Source of the DNA: Eledone cirrhosa
Taxonomy: Eukaryota
DNA length: 64,000 nucleotides
Direction of reading: 5' to 3'
Assembly (NCBI GenBank): GCA_964016885.1
Contig: OZ024745.1
Coordinates: forward strand, 102,672,001-102,736,000
In this document: positions 51,855 through 64,000 of the stretch, piece after piece
Layout: each line of letters begins with the position of its first letter
How positions within the stretch are numbered: the stretch's first letter is position 1
Notes under the pieces: generated by a model
Database searches by the model: none
What the model saw: only the letters and a program-made list of their open reading frames with translations
What the model was told of the DNA's origin: nothing
Position numbers and translations under genes: made by a program

Positions 51855-53392
51855 TCATCATCATCAGGTTTAGCGTCCGTGTTCCACGCTTGCATGGGTT
51901 TGGACGGGGGTTTTCCCACTTGAGGCAAGAGTGGTTGTCTTGCTCGCATAGGACTGTCTGGCGGGTTTTCTACAGTTGGATGCCCTTCCTAACACCAACC
52001 ACATTTACAGTGTGGGGCTGGGAGGTTTTTACCGTGTTGCCTACACGGCCACATTACAGCGTGGACTGTCTGGCGGGTTTTCTACAGCTGGATGCCCTTC
52101 CTAACACCAACCACATTTACAGTGTGGGGCTGGGAGGTTTTTACCGTGTTGCCTACACGGCCACATTTACAGCGTGGACTGTGTGTTTTTTTGTCGTGAC
52201 ACCTACACGATCTCATTTGTTTCGGCCTGGGTGTTGTGGGACCAACATAACTGTACATTGAAAGGGGCGGTGTGGATGGGGTGGAGGTGGTGGGACGGGG
52301 GGGTGTTTTGATAGAGATGCCTACTGACTGTAGTAGGTTTTTACTTTGTATTAGGTAAGGCGGGTCTTCTCTATTACTGAGTACCGCCAAAGGTCTCGGT
52401 CCAGTGACATTGTCTTGGAGAGGTGTAAGCGTGTGAGGTCGGAATTTATCAGTTCGTCCCATGTTTTTCTGGGTCTGCCTACTCCGTGGCTACCGTCTAT
52501 CTTTATTGCCCTGCACTTTGTTATACAGCTGTCGTCTTTCATGCGCATCACGTGACCGTACCAACGTAGCCTTCTCTCGAGTAAACAACATCTGATCCCT
52601 CTTATTTCTAATTTTTTCCTTAGTTCGTTTATGCTTTGCCGTTCACGTATATTACTATTGCACATCCAGCGGAGCATGCAAGCTTCGTTCCTCTCTAGTC
52701 TGCGTATATCCTCTGCACACAATGCCCAGGTCTCACTGCCATGCAGCATTGCTGTTCGTATGCAGGCATCGTATAACCTGCCTTTCATTTTTAGGGAGAA
52801 CCCTCTAGCGGCTAATAGTGGTATAAGCTCTCTGAACTTTTTCCATCCAGTTCTGACTCTAGCTACTGTACTTTCAGAGCACCCTCCCCCACTGCTGATT
52901 TTGTCACCCAGGTAACGGAAGCTGTCCACTATTTCTATAGAACCCTCTGCGCAGTTGAAGGAGCTAGTATTTTGTGGGCACTTGCTGCTACTTATTGCAC
53001 CAGAGCACCGGCCACATGTAAAATCTATGTTCTTAGTTAGCTTACCTGTGATCCCACTACATCTTTTATGCACCCATACTTTGCATTTGGGACATGAAAT
53101 GGAGTTTCTACCTACGCCTTTCCTACACACTGAGCATGGCCATTTCCCAGATGGGACTGCCGCCATATTTTCTTTCCTACAAACTAGAACTTTTGTCTTA
53201 GCCAGGTTAATTTTAAGGCCTTTTGATTCTAGGCCGTGCTTCCATGTTTGGAATTTCTTCTCTAGTTCGGTCATTGATTCAGCTATGAGCGTTAGATCAT
53301 CTGCGTATAGGAGTTCCCATGGGCAGCCGGTCTTGAACTCCTCTGTTATAGCCTGAAGGGCAATAATAAATAGTAGGGGGCTAAGAACAGAG

Positions 53393-53395
<3 letters not shown>
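51851..53395 (-). mobile_element. RTE-clade LINE, 5'-truncated, open RT C-terminal half with PHD-like finger
   Basis: GSVLSPLLFII, LLYADDL, KINLAKTKVL, CSVC..CPKC..WVHKRC..CGRC, DSFRYLG and MLHGSETW; ~112-bp tandem duplication in the 3' UTR; (GAT)n tail. Confidence 0.92.
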
Positions 53396-53433
<38 letters not shown>

Positions 53434-53489
53434 TGCTACTGTACGTCTCTATACATATATGTATGTACGTATACATACATACTTACATT

Positions 53490-53520
<31 letters not shown>

Positions 53521-53734
53521 TTATATTCTGTATCATGGTTAATATGTTTGCAAAAGGAATTGGTCCATTATAAATAGAGAATTTAGCAAAGTGAACTTTC
53601 TTCTATAACAGCAAAAATATTAGTCTGGTTAATTGAATAAACTGGAATATATTACAAAGCTGATGATTGTAGATGGTTTATTGATTTTTTAAAGCAGTAT
53701 TATTGTACATTAGTCTAAGCCTATCCGAGCATTT

Positions 53735-54962
53735 TAGGGGTGCTGAGGTCCTTAATGACATTTGTATGAATTTAGTAAAAAGCTGTATAAATCATGAAAA
53801 AAAAGAGCTAAATTTAAGAAAAAATAGAATGAATAATCTTGAGACCCTTCTTAAAATATCTACCCAATGAATCCACTGTTAACATTGATGACTACTTCAA
53901 TACATGGTGTGAAACATTGTCATGCCTGAAGTGCTTGTTATAGCGGACATTAGACATTTTATAATGTTATAGATGCATTGATTAACTTCCTTTCCGACTG
54001 TGCTCCATACTTTATAGTCCAACAGATTCAGGTCTGGAGAGCTAAGAGACAATATATTTGGGATGGTGTGATTGTGGAGATATTTGGGTCGTTATGAGAC
54101 AATGGCCTTATGAGATGGCCTTATGAGACAATGCAGGTTCTTGTTGGTAGGTGTACATTCTTCCTTCATTCATACCCTATCCAAGACCACACAAGCCTCT
54201 CCAACACTTCCTTATAGTCAGCATCATTGATCCTTAAGCCCTGGGGAAAGAAGTGATGAGACATGACATCTCCTCACTGCTAATGACTCCCAGAACTATC
54301 AGAATTGCTGGAAACTTTGTGTGCATGGTTGTCGGAACATCCTTAGGGTTTCTACATAACCATCTGTCATTCCTATGGTTAGCCTTTTGGTCCTTATCAA
54401 GGTCTTTCTCATCAGAGATAGACTAAAGCATTCCAGGCTCCTAGTCTTTCAACTTGCTCAACAAGTGCTTTGTATGGACCAGACAGTTATCCTTTTTCTT
54501 TGCAGACATGAATTCACCTCTCTGCATCACATATGACTTGTATTAAAGATCCTCATTCTTTAAACCTTATGTCTTTAAATTTTTGGTCCCTTAGCAATGG
54601 TGCTAATTCTCTTTCTGAGGGTTTTATTGATAATTTTCTGCACTTCTCATACAAATTTCGGTGTTCTGATGGGTTTAGAACTCTTAGCAGGTATTTTACA
54701 GTTGGCTATTGCTGTAGAATCCCTACCAGTGGCTTTCAGCTCTTTACAAATTTTAACAACAAATGACTGTGCAATTTTCACGAAGCAAGCAATCTCTGAA
54801 TCACTATGCTCTGCCTTTAAGGCAACAATTGTTTCTGTTTTTTCATTTGCTGAGTTGGCTTGATGTCAATCATAATTTATCTGAAAAGAAATGATAATCA
54901 GAACAAGTTAGAAAAAAGTTAAAGCTATTAAAAACATGTCCTAAAAGAACTGAGCAACCCTG
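53735..54962 (-). mobile_element. decayed maT/DD37D-like element
   Basis: Degenerate TIRs agggkt.ct.ag.tc.tt. Remnants TKFPAILIVLGVISSE..HHFFPQGLRINDADYKEVLE and SPDLNLLDYKVW, homologous to 29045-29930. Confidence 0.7.
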
Positions 54963-56034
54963 TATATTAAAAAAAAAAACATGTTTAGGAGAGATGAACA
55001 GATTTCAAATAAAATCTAAGCAGCAGAGAACAGTAAGAAATTTCAAAGAAAAAAATTTGAAACTGAATCTGTGAAAATAGATGCATTTGTAGTACTTCAT
55101 TAGTTCATTTGAAGATATCAAATAGAAGTCTTTTGACAAAATACACTACATTGAAGATTTTTATTTATACACACTGCAGAAAAGAATTTCAATAAATATA
55201 ATTTGGTGTAAGCTTTCATCTCATATTTGCATTAAAATCAAACACTTTTCTTCTTTTATATATTACTTTCTACAAATTTTATAGTTAACTTTTTTTTCAA
55301 ATATATCTAAAGATATTAGCCCTGGATATCTGGGTCTTTAATGATAATCAACTAATTTAATTTAGAAAGTAAAATATTTAAATTTGAATTAAATTGATTT
55401 TAAGTTCAAATCAATGAAGCATGCCACATAAAAACAGCAGTTATCTTTTGAAGTACACTTTCATTGAAAAAGAAATATTCCAATTATTGAAGGAGAAATA
55501 TCCAGTGTATATGGAAGAAAATTTCATTGTTTATAATGTAGAAATATCTTGTCTTCATGTTCTCAATTGATTCCTTTTTAGATTTTGTTTATCTGTCTCA
55601 AATTTCAACTGTGGTAATTTCTGTTTTTTAAGTGTGTGTGTGTGGGGGGGGGGGGGGGGGGTAAATGGATGGGATGAGTGCAGTAACTGTGATGCTGTGT
55701 TTGATTTCAGGCGAGCCAGTTTCCTTCATATAATTCATATATATACAATTTCTGGCTATAGTTAATAGCAATCTCCTAAACAGAGTTGATCTTTGCCAGT
55801 TTCATGTGTCCATGGTAGGCTACTGGAATGTAAAGGCTTCTGTAGTGGCTCATATCCTTATTATAAACTGGCTAAATGATTTATATAGAGGAATTTGTAA
55901 ATGAAGTAACTAATTTTATTAAATTCTTTCATGATTCACATATTTTACATGACCTATGTTGTTGTTTAAGCAAAGCCAGAAGCAAAGGTATTCTAGCTAA
56001 GATCCTACTATCTTCCCCTCACCCCCAGTCAGTT

Positions 56035-56380
56035 TCATCATCATCATCATTTTTACGTCCATGCTTGCATGGGTTGGATGGGTCCTTCTCAGCATGGTAT
56101 CTCTACACTTATCACATTCTTTTGCTATCTTCTCTGCAAGTCTTAGTAATTTCAGATCAACTCTCATAACCTCTGCCTAGATCTTTCTTGGTCGTCCTCT
56201 ATGGTGGCTTCCTTCCACTGGAATTTCGTGCATTTCTTCACCCATTGGTCATTGTCCATGCACATCACATGTCCATACCAACACAGTCTTTTCTCCTGCA
56301 CACCACCCTGGATTGCACTTAAACCCACCTTCTCCCTTAGCTCGTCCAAGCTCTGCCTTTCTCTCACACATACATTGCAT
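56035..56380 (-). mobile_element. RTE 3' fragment
   Basis: ELREKVGL..VQEKRLCWYGHVMCMD and a (ATG)n tail. Confidence 0.8.
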
Positions 56381-57400
56381 ACACAATTTCAGTGTATTCA
56401 GATTAAATTATTCAACATGACCTTATCTAAGATGCTAGGTATAATTTGAAGGAGATATTATTTCAAAGATATTGTTGCAAGTTGAGTGACAATATAAACG
56501 TTTTGTTGTTGGTTCATCTTGACTTGTATTTCTTTATGAGATCATTAACAACTATAGACTAATTCCTTGATCCAACCTTAAATTCTTTATTTTGGTTATT
56601 TTGCTTCACATCAATATTCGTATTGGTATAATGGAGAGAAATATGAGACCTGCAGGAAATTCCTCCTGTCTCATTTCTTTTACAACCAATAGTCTAATAA
56701 ATCATTAAACATTATTCAATATACATTTTTAATATCATGTTCAATACACTGCATTACAGAAAGGTTGTGTTGAAGTATGCTTCACCATAACACAGGATTC
56801 TCAGAAAAACAGAAAAGAAAACTATTAAAACAATCATTTTAAACATGAAAATAGCCTATTTCTAGTCATATACAGTAGAGTATACATAAAATGAATTAAA
56901 GAGGAATGCATACAAGAATAAGAACGAACTTCTACCTTTTACTTCAATGACCATCGTGTTTATCAACAAATTATGTATAGACTTATTGGTAATACATACA
57001 CTCTAGAGCCAGTTCATATTAAGTATCCCATTAGATATATAAAAACCAATGTAGAGGCAGTTAATGGAGCACTAGACCTAATTTTGTCTTTATTGTCATT
57101 TATTGTTCCCACTGTAGACATTGCAAGCTTTAATGTTCCTGCAATATGACAGTTTTTTTCTCTCCACATCAAACCATCAAGTTTAACATATAAATCTTTT
57201 TACAACTCTTTGCTGAATTGTCATTTTCACTTCCATTTGATGGCTTCTTTCTAGTCATCTTGAATAAAAGTAAGATGCTGTATATGAGCTATTCGTTTTT
57301 AAAAGTTAAATCTGACGTTAGTCTTACTAGACAAGAAATCTACACAATATATGAGGAATTAACTGAGCAGAGATAACAAAAAAGAAATCCCCCTCAAATA

Positions 57401-58002
57401 CAGGATGTCCCCAAAAAATATATACACACTTTCATTACCTGTACAGGCAATATTTATTAGACTGCTGTTAAAGTGTGTGCTAACAAAATTAAATTAAAGA
57501 TATCATGTCTGAGAATATCAGAAACATGCACCATACCACCTGTAGAAGCTCAAAGATTCTAAGGAATAAATCCAAACATTTATTAAAATTTAGATTAAAA
57601 GTCAATTGACATATATATATAGAATAAACATTTCAAATATTGAAAGGGAATAATTTGTAAAGAGTCTAAACACACACGTGCTTCTCGTTGTTATTCCTGA
57701 TTTGTTCTTAGGGTGTAATCATAGATAGTTTTAAATCTTCTCCTTTGCTGACGATCCAAGATTTAACATCTATGAAATATATTTTTTAATGGAATGAATA
57801 CAAAGGAGATTAATCATTATTGCAAGGTATTATATTCAAAGTTCTTGCTAAATTTTTAATATGTTACCTCCGTAACTATATGTGTTTAAACTCTTTACAA
57901 ATTATCCCCTGTCAAAAATTTGATGTTTATTTTATATATATATGTGTCAATTGAGTTTTAATCTAAATGTTAAAGTGTGTATACATTTTTGGGGACACTC
58001 TG
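57401..58002. mobile_element. Tc1/mariner-type non-autonomous element (long form of the 46325 MITE)
   Basis: Same TIRs with TA flanks; internal inverted repeat at 57591-57642/57912-57965. Confidence 0.7.
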
Positions 58003-58328
58003 TATATATTACTTTTAAAAGCAAATTATTTTTATTGATTTTGATTTTTAAGATTGTTCAAATTTACCTGAACTTCTACAAAGGAATTACAGGCCACACC
58101 CCCAAATTACTAGTCATATTTTACAATTAATATAAATCTGAAATTACATGACTGGAGTTTCCATGATACACCAGATTCCTTTACATTCTTTATGAGTAAC
58201 TGATCATCATCATCATCATCATCTTTGTTTAACGTTCATCTTCACGCTAGCATGGGTTAGACGTTGTTTAATAAGTTCTGGTTTACATACTATTCAGAAT
58301 ATTCTAATCTAGCATCATTTATATTTAA

Positions 58329-58530
58329 CCATTTAGCATTTACATTTGTATTTTTGTGGAAAAGGCTTTAACTTACATAATATTTCACAATATCGAATCT
58401 ACGAGATTTTGATGTTATTTATTTTGTGAACAATACTTTAACATCAGTTTGAGTGACCAGTTACAGCCAGTTTGAACAGAAAGAAGTAAGAGAATTCTGG
58501 CTGGAAATGACCAGTTTAAATGTTAAAGGG
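58329..58530. mobile_element. piggyBac-like MITE (TTAA TSD)
   Basis: Same family as 42971-43165. Confidence 0.8.
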
Positions 58531-59008
58531 TTAATATACCATATATACTTATGTATAAGTTGCAAAATAAAAAGCCATCATGCAACAGATCTACAGAACA
58601 TACACAACCTTAATTGAAAATATGTGAAAAATTATAAATGCTGCATGTAAAATGGTGGTGTGACTTATATATGAGTCTATATGGTATATATCAAATCATA
58701 GAAATTTTTCAGTTATACAAATTATTCAATTGTCATTGATCTGTATTTTTTTTTATTTACATTAATGAAAATGTTATTAAGGCAACAGTGATTAAAATCA
58801 ATTTTGATTTCACATTTTTGCAAAAAAAAAAGTATCCATCAATGGTTTATTAACTATGACTATACCCTTCAATATACTTTAATATGAATGTTAATGAATA
58901 TGCATCAATTTATTTATTATTAAGTATATATTGATCTATATATCATTCAATTTTCATTCTAAAAACACTATTCATTCTGTCCATTAATCAATGTAAATTG
59001 ATATAGGG

Positions 59009-59063
<55 letters not shown>

Positions 59064-61049
59064 GACACATACACATATATATATAATTATTTTGCATAGT
59101 AATGAAGCATTTAAAAGCCTAGTATTTGGAAGATCATGTAAATGTTAATATGAAATTCATTGCTTAGAAAGAAATGATTAAAAAATATATAGAAGATATT
59201 TAAATTTTTATTTAAATGAATGGATTTTAATCAAATATTTTATTTTTTCACTTTTTACAATGGAAAACCTACTTTCCATATGATTTACCAGTGAGTGTAT
59301 TCATGTTCTTAAATGTATTTTAATCAATATTCTTCTTTCATAAAAGTGTGATAGAGTTATTTGCTTGAATAATTAACTTTAGACAGCTCTTTTCCAAATT
59401 ATACCTTTATTAGTACTTGTAAACAGTATTAGAATTTGACAAAACTGAATCAAAAAGACTAACCAGTAGCTCAAAATTTCTAAAAATTGTCTCTAAATCT
59501 CATCAAATCACATCTTGATATATTAAAAATAACTTTTTTTGGTGCTGTATAGATTGGTGAGAGGAAAGAAGGAAATTACGTTGAAATCAAAAGTATAACT
59601 AAAATCCTTGAAACAGATTCAACTCTGTTTAAAGACACCCAAACACCCAAGGACCAGGGGATCATATTAAACTGAATGCAAAACTAAGTCTACAACCCCG
59701 AAATTCCAAATCTAAAAAGAGAACTAATACAACAAGGCATCTCATCCAATGCTTTAACAATTCCGCCACTTTACTTTATTTTATTGATCTGGAAAGGATG
59801 AAAGGGAAAGTTGACCTCAATGGGATTTGTACAATAAACCAGAGCAAATACTGACATTTGTCTCTTATGCATTAATGGCCGCTTACATCTCAATTTTCTG
59901 TCTGCAAGATGGGCTGGTCATAGCTGATCTGTGAGTGTAAATCAACAAAATACAACACTCATTTATAGTAGGCCTCATAGTGGTTACCTAAACTTCTTAG
60001 TAGTACATATTTACAGCAATTGAGACTGGCATAGTTAAATATAAGTATTTTTGTCCATGTTACAGCACAATACCAATTTTAGCCAATATAGGATTTTAAC
60101 AACTCTTATACTATTATCAACAGATTACAAAATACAAGCTATACTTTAGTTCTAGTAAATGAAAAGTATAAAAACGTTTAGTAAATTTCATGTGGCCTGA
60201 CTATGGACATGATCAACATAGAAAAGTAAAGTCTTTTTCATTATGTTTTTTCAGTCATATTTATATTTTAGTCCTTTAATCTAATGTATACAATCTTTGA
60301 AAATACATGGTTTTCAATCTTTAACATCAGAGTCTGATTTCTCATCAATGGCTACAACAATTTCATCTACTACATTCTAGCAACCTGGGTATTTATATAG
60401 TTCTGCACATTCCAAGTACAGTACAGTATGATGCTTGTGAGGATGTTTACACATTGTAGCAACAGTTACTGGGTTTCATGTCACCTAAAACTGATGGAAG
60501 GCTGCATCATCTGATATGAAGATCTTTGAGTCAATCAATTTCCTCCAAATTCCATCACATTCTATTTCATTTTGGGAAGGGGTTTATAGTATTTACTCTA
60601 AACAGTGGCGAAGTATATCTGCTTAATAATTAGTATGTAACATGTATTTCACAAGACAGTTTTTGTTTGGAGGGAATGACTGTTCTGTACTAAGCTCTTG
60701 AAAGGTGTGTATATAGCATTAATTAGAAAGACTGAGTTCAAATCCCGCCGAGGTTGACTTTGCCTTTCATCCTTACGGGGTTGATAAAATAAAGTACCAG
60801 TAATGCACTGGGTAATTGCTGGCCTTGTGCCTAAAGTAGAAACAATTAATTAGAAAGACTTGATCTTTTCTTTCCCAAAGAATCCACTTCAGATTTACAC
60901 CCAGTGAATAGATGGAATTCAATTAGGACTGATGCCACATGTAAGCCATGCTGACTACAAAAGTGCTTGATGTCAAGAGTGTAGACTTTATCACCATAGT
61001 CAATGTAAATGTGAAGAGATACCCTAAACTTCTGTATGCATACTGATAA

Positions 61050-63398
61050 CACTGGCCAACAAGTATTTTTCATCAAGCATATGTCAAGGTGTACTTAGTG
61101 TAGTTTTTAATGCTGATTTAAAATATACAATTAGTTTTTTTGACATCACATACAGTTTTCAAGATGAGAAAGTTTGTTGGTTTTAGTTCAGGCATTATAT
61201 AGAAATTCCAATTAATGACGTGGATGCATGTATTTCATTTACATCATGGAAACTTACCTTTAAAATTAAAATAAACTACATTATTCATTGCTGCATAGTT
61301 CAGATGCAATATTTCATCATCTTAAATTAACCAATCAAGTTTTGTCTGATGAAATAAGTATTTCAACATGTCAACTTGTCCAGTCATAATTGGTCTGATG
61401 AAATATTTCAATATAAGTATAACCGTTTGTATATATTCCCTTACTTGTTTTACAGTGTTAACAATGTCAAGACAGCGTAGAAATCGTCTTGATGTGTTTT
61501 GTTATCTCTGTGGACAATTTATTGTAAAAGCTCAAAAAATGTACAATCAAGAAGATTTATAAGCTATACTTTGACTGTCCTCTTGGAGATCAGGACAAGT
61601 TATGGGCACCATATTTTATCTGCTTAGCTTGTTCAAATGTGACTGGTTCAATAAGAAGAAGTTCATGCCTTTTGCCATTCCAATTATATAGAGGGAGCCA
61701 AAAGACCATTTTAATGACTGTCATTTTTGCAAAGTAAATGTCACAGGATTTTCTATGAAGAATAAACACAAAATTGTGTATCCCAATTTGGATTCTGCAA
61801 TGAGACTTGTGCCTCTCAATGGAAGTCTGCCAATTCCAGTTCCACCAAATGATGGTATTGAAACATCAGATGATGATGCTGACTGTCACGATAGTGCTGC
61901 TGAAGAAGATTACGTGGCTGATGATGATAGCTTTGAACCTCAGAAATTTTCTCAAGCTGAACTGAATGACTTTGTCAGAGACCTATCCTTCTCAAAAGAT
62001 AAAACAGAACTGTTGGCATCAAGACTGAAGGAGTAGTATCTGCTAGAGCACGGTGTTTGTATAACTTATTTTCCGCAGAGAAATGTGGTTCTACAAACGT
62101 GTTTTTCTGTTGAAGGCCCGCTTTGCTTTTGATGGACTTTTCGAATGTTTATCACAAAATCATGATCCTGCAGAGTGGCGTTTGTTTATTGACTCTTCAA
62201 AACGAAGTTTAAAAGCTGTACTTCTCTATAATGGTAATTTGAAGCCCTCCATTCCTATTGCACAATCCGCCCATCTTCATGAATCATATGGGAATATATA
62301 ACTTTTACTTCATGCCATTGCCTATGAAAGATACTCATGGAAAATATGTGGAGATTTAAAAGTCATTGGAATGTTAATGGGAATGCAGTCAGGCTTCACA
62401 AAATACTGTTATTTCTTGTGTCTATGGGATAGTCAGGCAACTGACAGACATTATTCGGAATCAAACTGGCAGACAAGAACATCATACCAGCCAGGACTGT
62501 CTAGCGTCAAGAATGCATCTCTTGTAGATCCATGTAATGTCTTATTGCCTCCTTTACACATAAAGCTTGGACTGATGAAACAGTTTGTAAAGACACTAGG
62601 GAAGAGAAATGCCAGAGGCTTTGAATATATTGTAGAAAAGTTTCCAAAAATCACACAGGCGAAGTTGAAAGAGAGTATTTTTGTTGGACCCCAAATTAGA
62701 GAAGTACTCAAAGATGTCAACTTCAAGACCACACTGGATGAACTGGAACTGCCTGCCTGGAATGCTTTCAATTGGATCTGTGAGAATTTCTTGGGTAACA
62801 AGAAGGCAATGGACTACAAGGATGGCATCAAGAATCTTCTGAAATGTTACTCAGCAATGGATTGTCGCATGTCACTGAAAGTTCACTTCTTGGACTCCCA
62901 TCTGGATTTCTTCGCAGATAACCTTGGAGCAGTGTCTGATGAACATGGTGAAAGATTTCACCAGGACATTAGTGTTTTGGAGAAACGGTACCAAGACTTC
63001 TGGAATGACAGTATGCTGGCTGACTACTGCTAGACACTTTACCGTGATCAACCAGATCGGGAATACCGCAGGAAATCCAAATCACAATGTTTTGTAACTC
63101 TGTTATTCTAACTTTGTCTGTTTTTTCTGGCCCATATTTTGTGTATTCACTCTTTGTAGAATGATAGTGATGATTTTTAACTCAATAAACTCATTTACTT
63201 TCTAAAATGATGTCCTTATTTATTACGTTAATGATTTCATATATACAAATTAGTAAATATTTGCATGTATCTACTGAAAAGCTGATACGTGCTGCATACA
63301 AATGGATTGAAATTTTGAAATCAGCATGAAAAATTAGTCTAAAAAAGTTGGTTTGCATTCATAATGAGTATAATACATTTAAATTTTGTTGACCAGTG
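61050..63398 (+). mobile_element. complete Chapaev3-like (CMC) DNA transposon
   Basis: TAA-CACTGGCCAACAA...TTGTTGACCAGTG-TAA: CAC/GTG termini with a 3-bp TWA TSD. Confidence 0.8.
61464..63100 (+). pseudogene. Chapaev3-like transposase with stops and frameshifts
   Basis: FCYLCG, DQDKLWAP, EPKDH..DCHFC, WRLFIDSSKRSLKAVLL, ICGDLK, LPPLHIKLGLMK and SDEHGERFHQD. Confidence 0.8.
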
Positions 63399-63674
63399 TA
63401 ATGAAAACATTAATTTCCATACTATTTGAGCACAGCTGGTGAAATGAATGTGAATAGTAATTGGAGTCAAATGATGAAGATGCTTGTGAGTATATTCTAT
63501 ATGTAAAACTAAGCAGGTATCTTCACTTTAATGACTACAATGAAACTCCTTTAACAAATACTATCTTCACTACTCCATGGTTTCCTGACAGTACATGACA
63601 CTCTTTCCTATGAGACACATACACATTTGTAGGGCTCCTCTGCCTAGAATTCATGAATGACATTTTATTCTCAC

Positions 63675-63950
63675 CTGCACTGAGGAACATTTTAATTGGT
63701 TTGCTCACTTTTGGTTTGTTTTCCAGTTCTTCTTTGTTGTCCATCGTAAACGATGACATCTTCTTTATTTTAGTTCCCCTCTGTCGTGGGCACGAAGGTG
63801 GCTGTGGAGGCCGATCCTTGACTTGCAGGTCCGGGGACAGTGGGGGCAGGGGAAGAGACCGGAGTCGCTTGGGGCAGCTGCTGATGCCTTTCTCCTCATG
63901 TGTGGGTTTGAGACTGGCAGGGCTTTGGGAGTGCACGCTAAAGAAGAAAC
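63675..63950 (-). CDS. candidate internal coding exon (proline-rich), gene unknown
   Basis: Acceptor cctttctcgcacag|G and donor CAG|GTGAGA. 276 nt, open, phase 1 on both sides, more GC-rich than its surroundings. Reads FFFSVHSQSP..PLPPLSPD..PPQPP..MFLSA. Confidence 0.5.
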
Positions 63951-64000
63951 CTGTGCGAGAAAGGTTTATAATGGGAGGGCCAGTGTACAGTGATGGTTCC

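Overview
AT-rich, microsatellite-laden eukaryotic DNA that is almost entirely transposon-derived. The SINE, RTE and (TA)n repeat landscape suggests a coleoid cephalopod such as Octopus; that is an inference. Retroelements: a near full-length but decayed Tx1/L1-clade LINE (5033-10921) in an (ATT)n tract, several RTE-clade LINEs (one family has a PHD-like finger inside the RT), two CR1-clade fragments and two tRNA-derived SINE families. DNA transposons: a mariner with ~100-bp TIRs, two maT-like (DD37D) relics, a complete Chapaev3-like transposon with a TAA TSD, piggyBac-like and Tc1-like MITEs, and a rearranged Helitron with a CTAG|TC junction. No intact host gene is evident; the best candidate is a phase-1 exon on the minus strand at 63675-63950. 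The most striking feature is a set of short, mutually dissimilar non-coding elements, mostly inserted in (TA)n tracts, that carry type I hammerhead ribozymes (about 6 near-complete folds plus several relics). Four of them share an ATGCAAAT octamer followed 34-35 nt later by a TATATA-like box, with a hammerhead (or relic) downstream. This looks like a conserved promoter-plus-ribozyme cassette of Penelope-like or retrozyme-like elements. All folds and alignments were read by eye and need computational confirmation.
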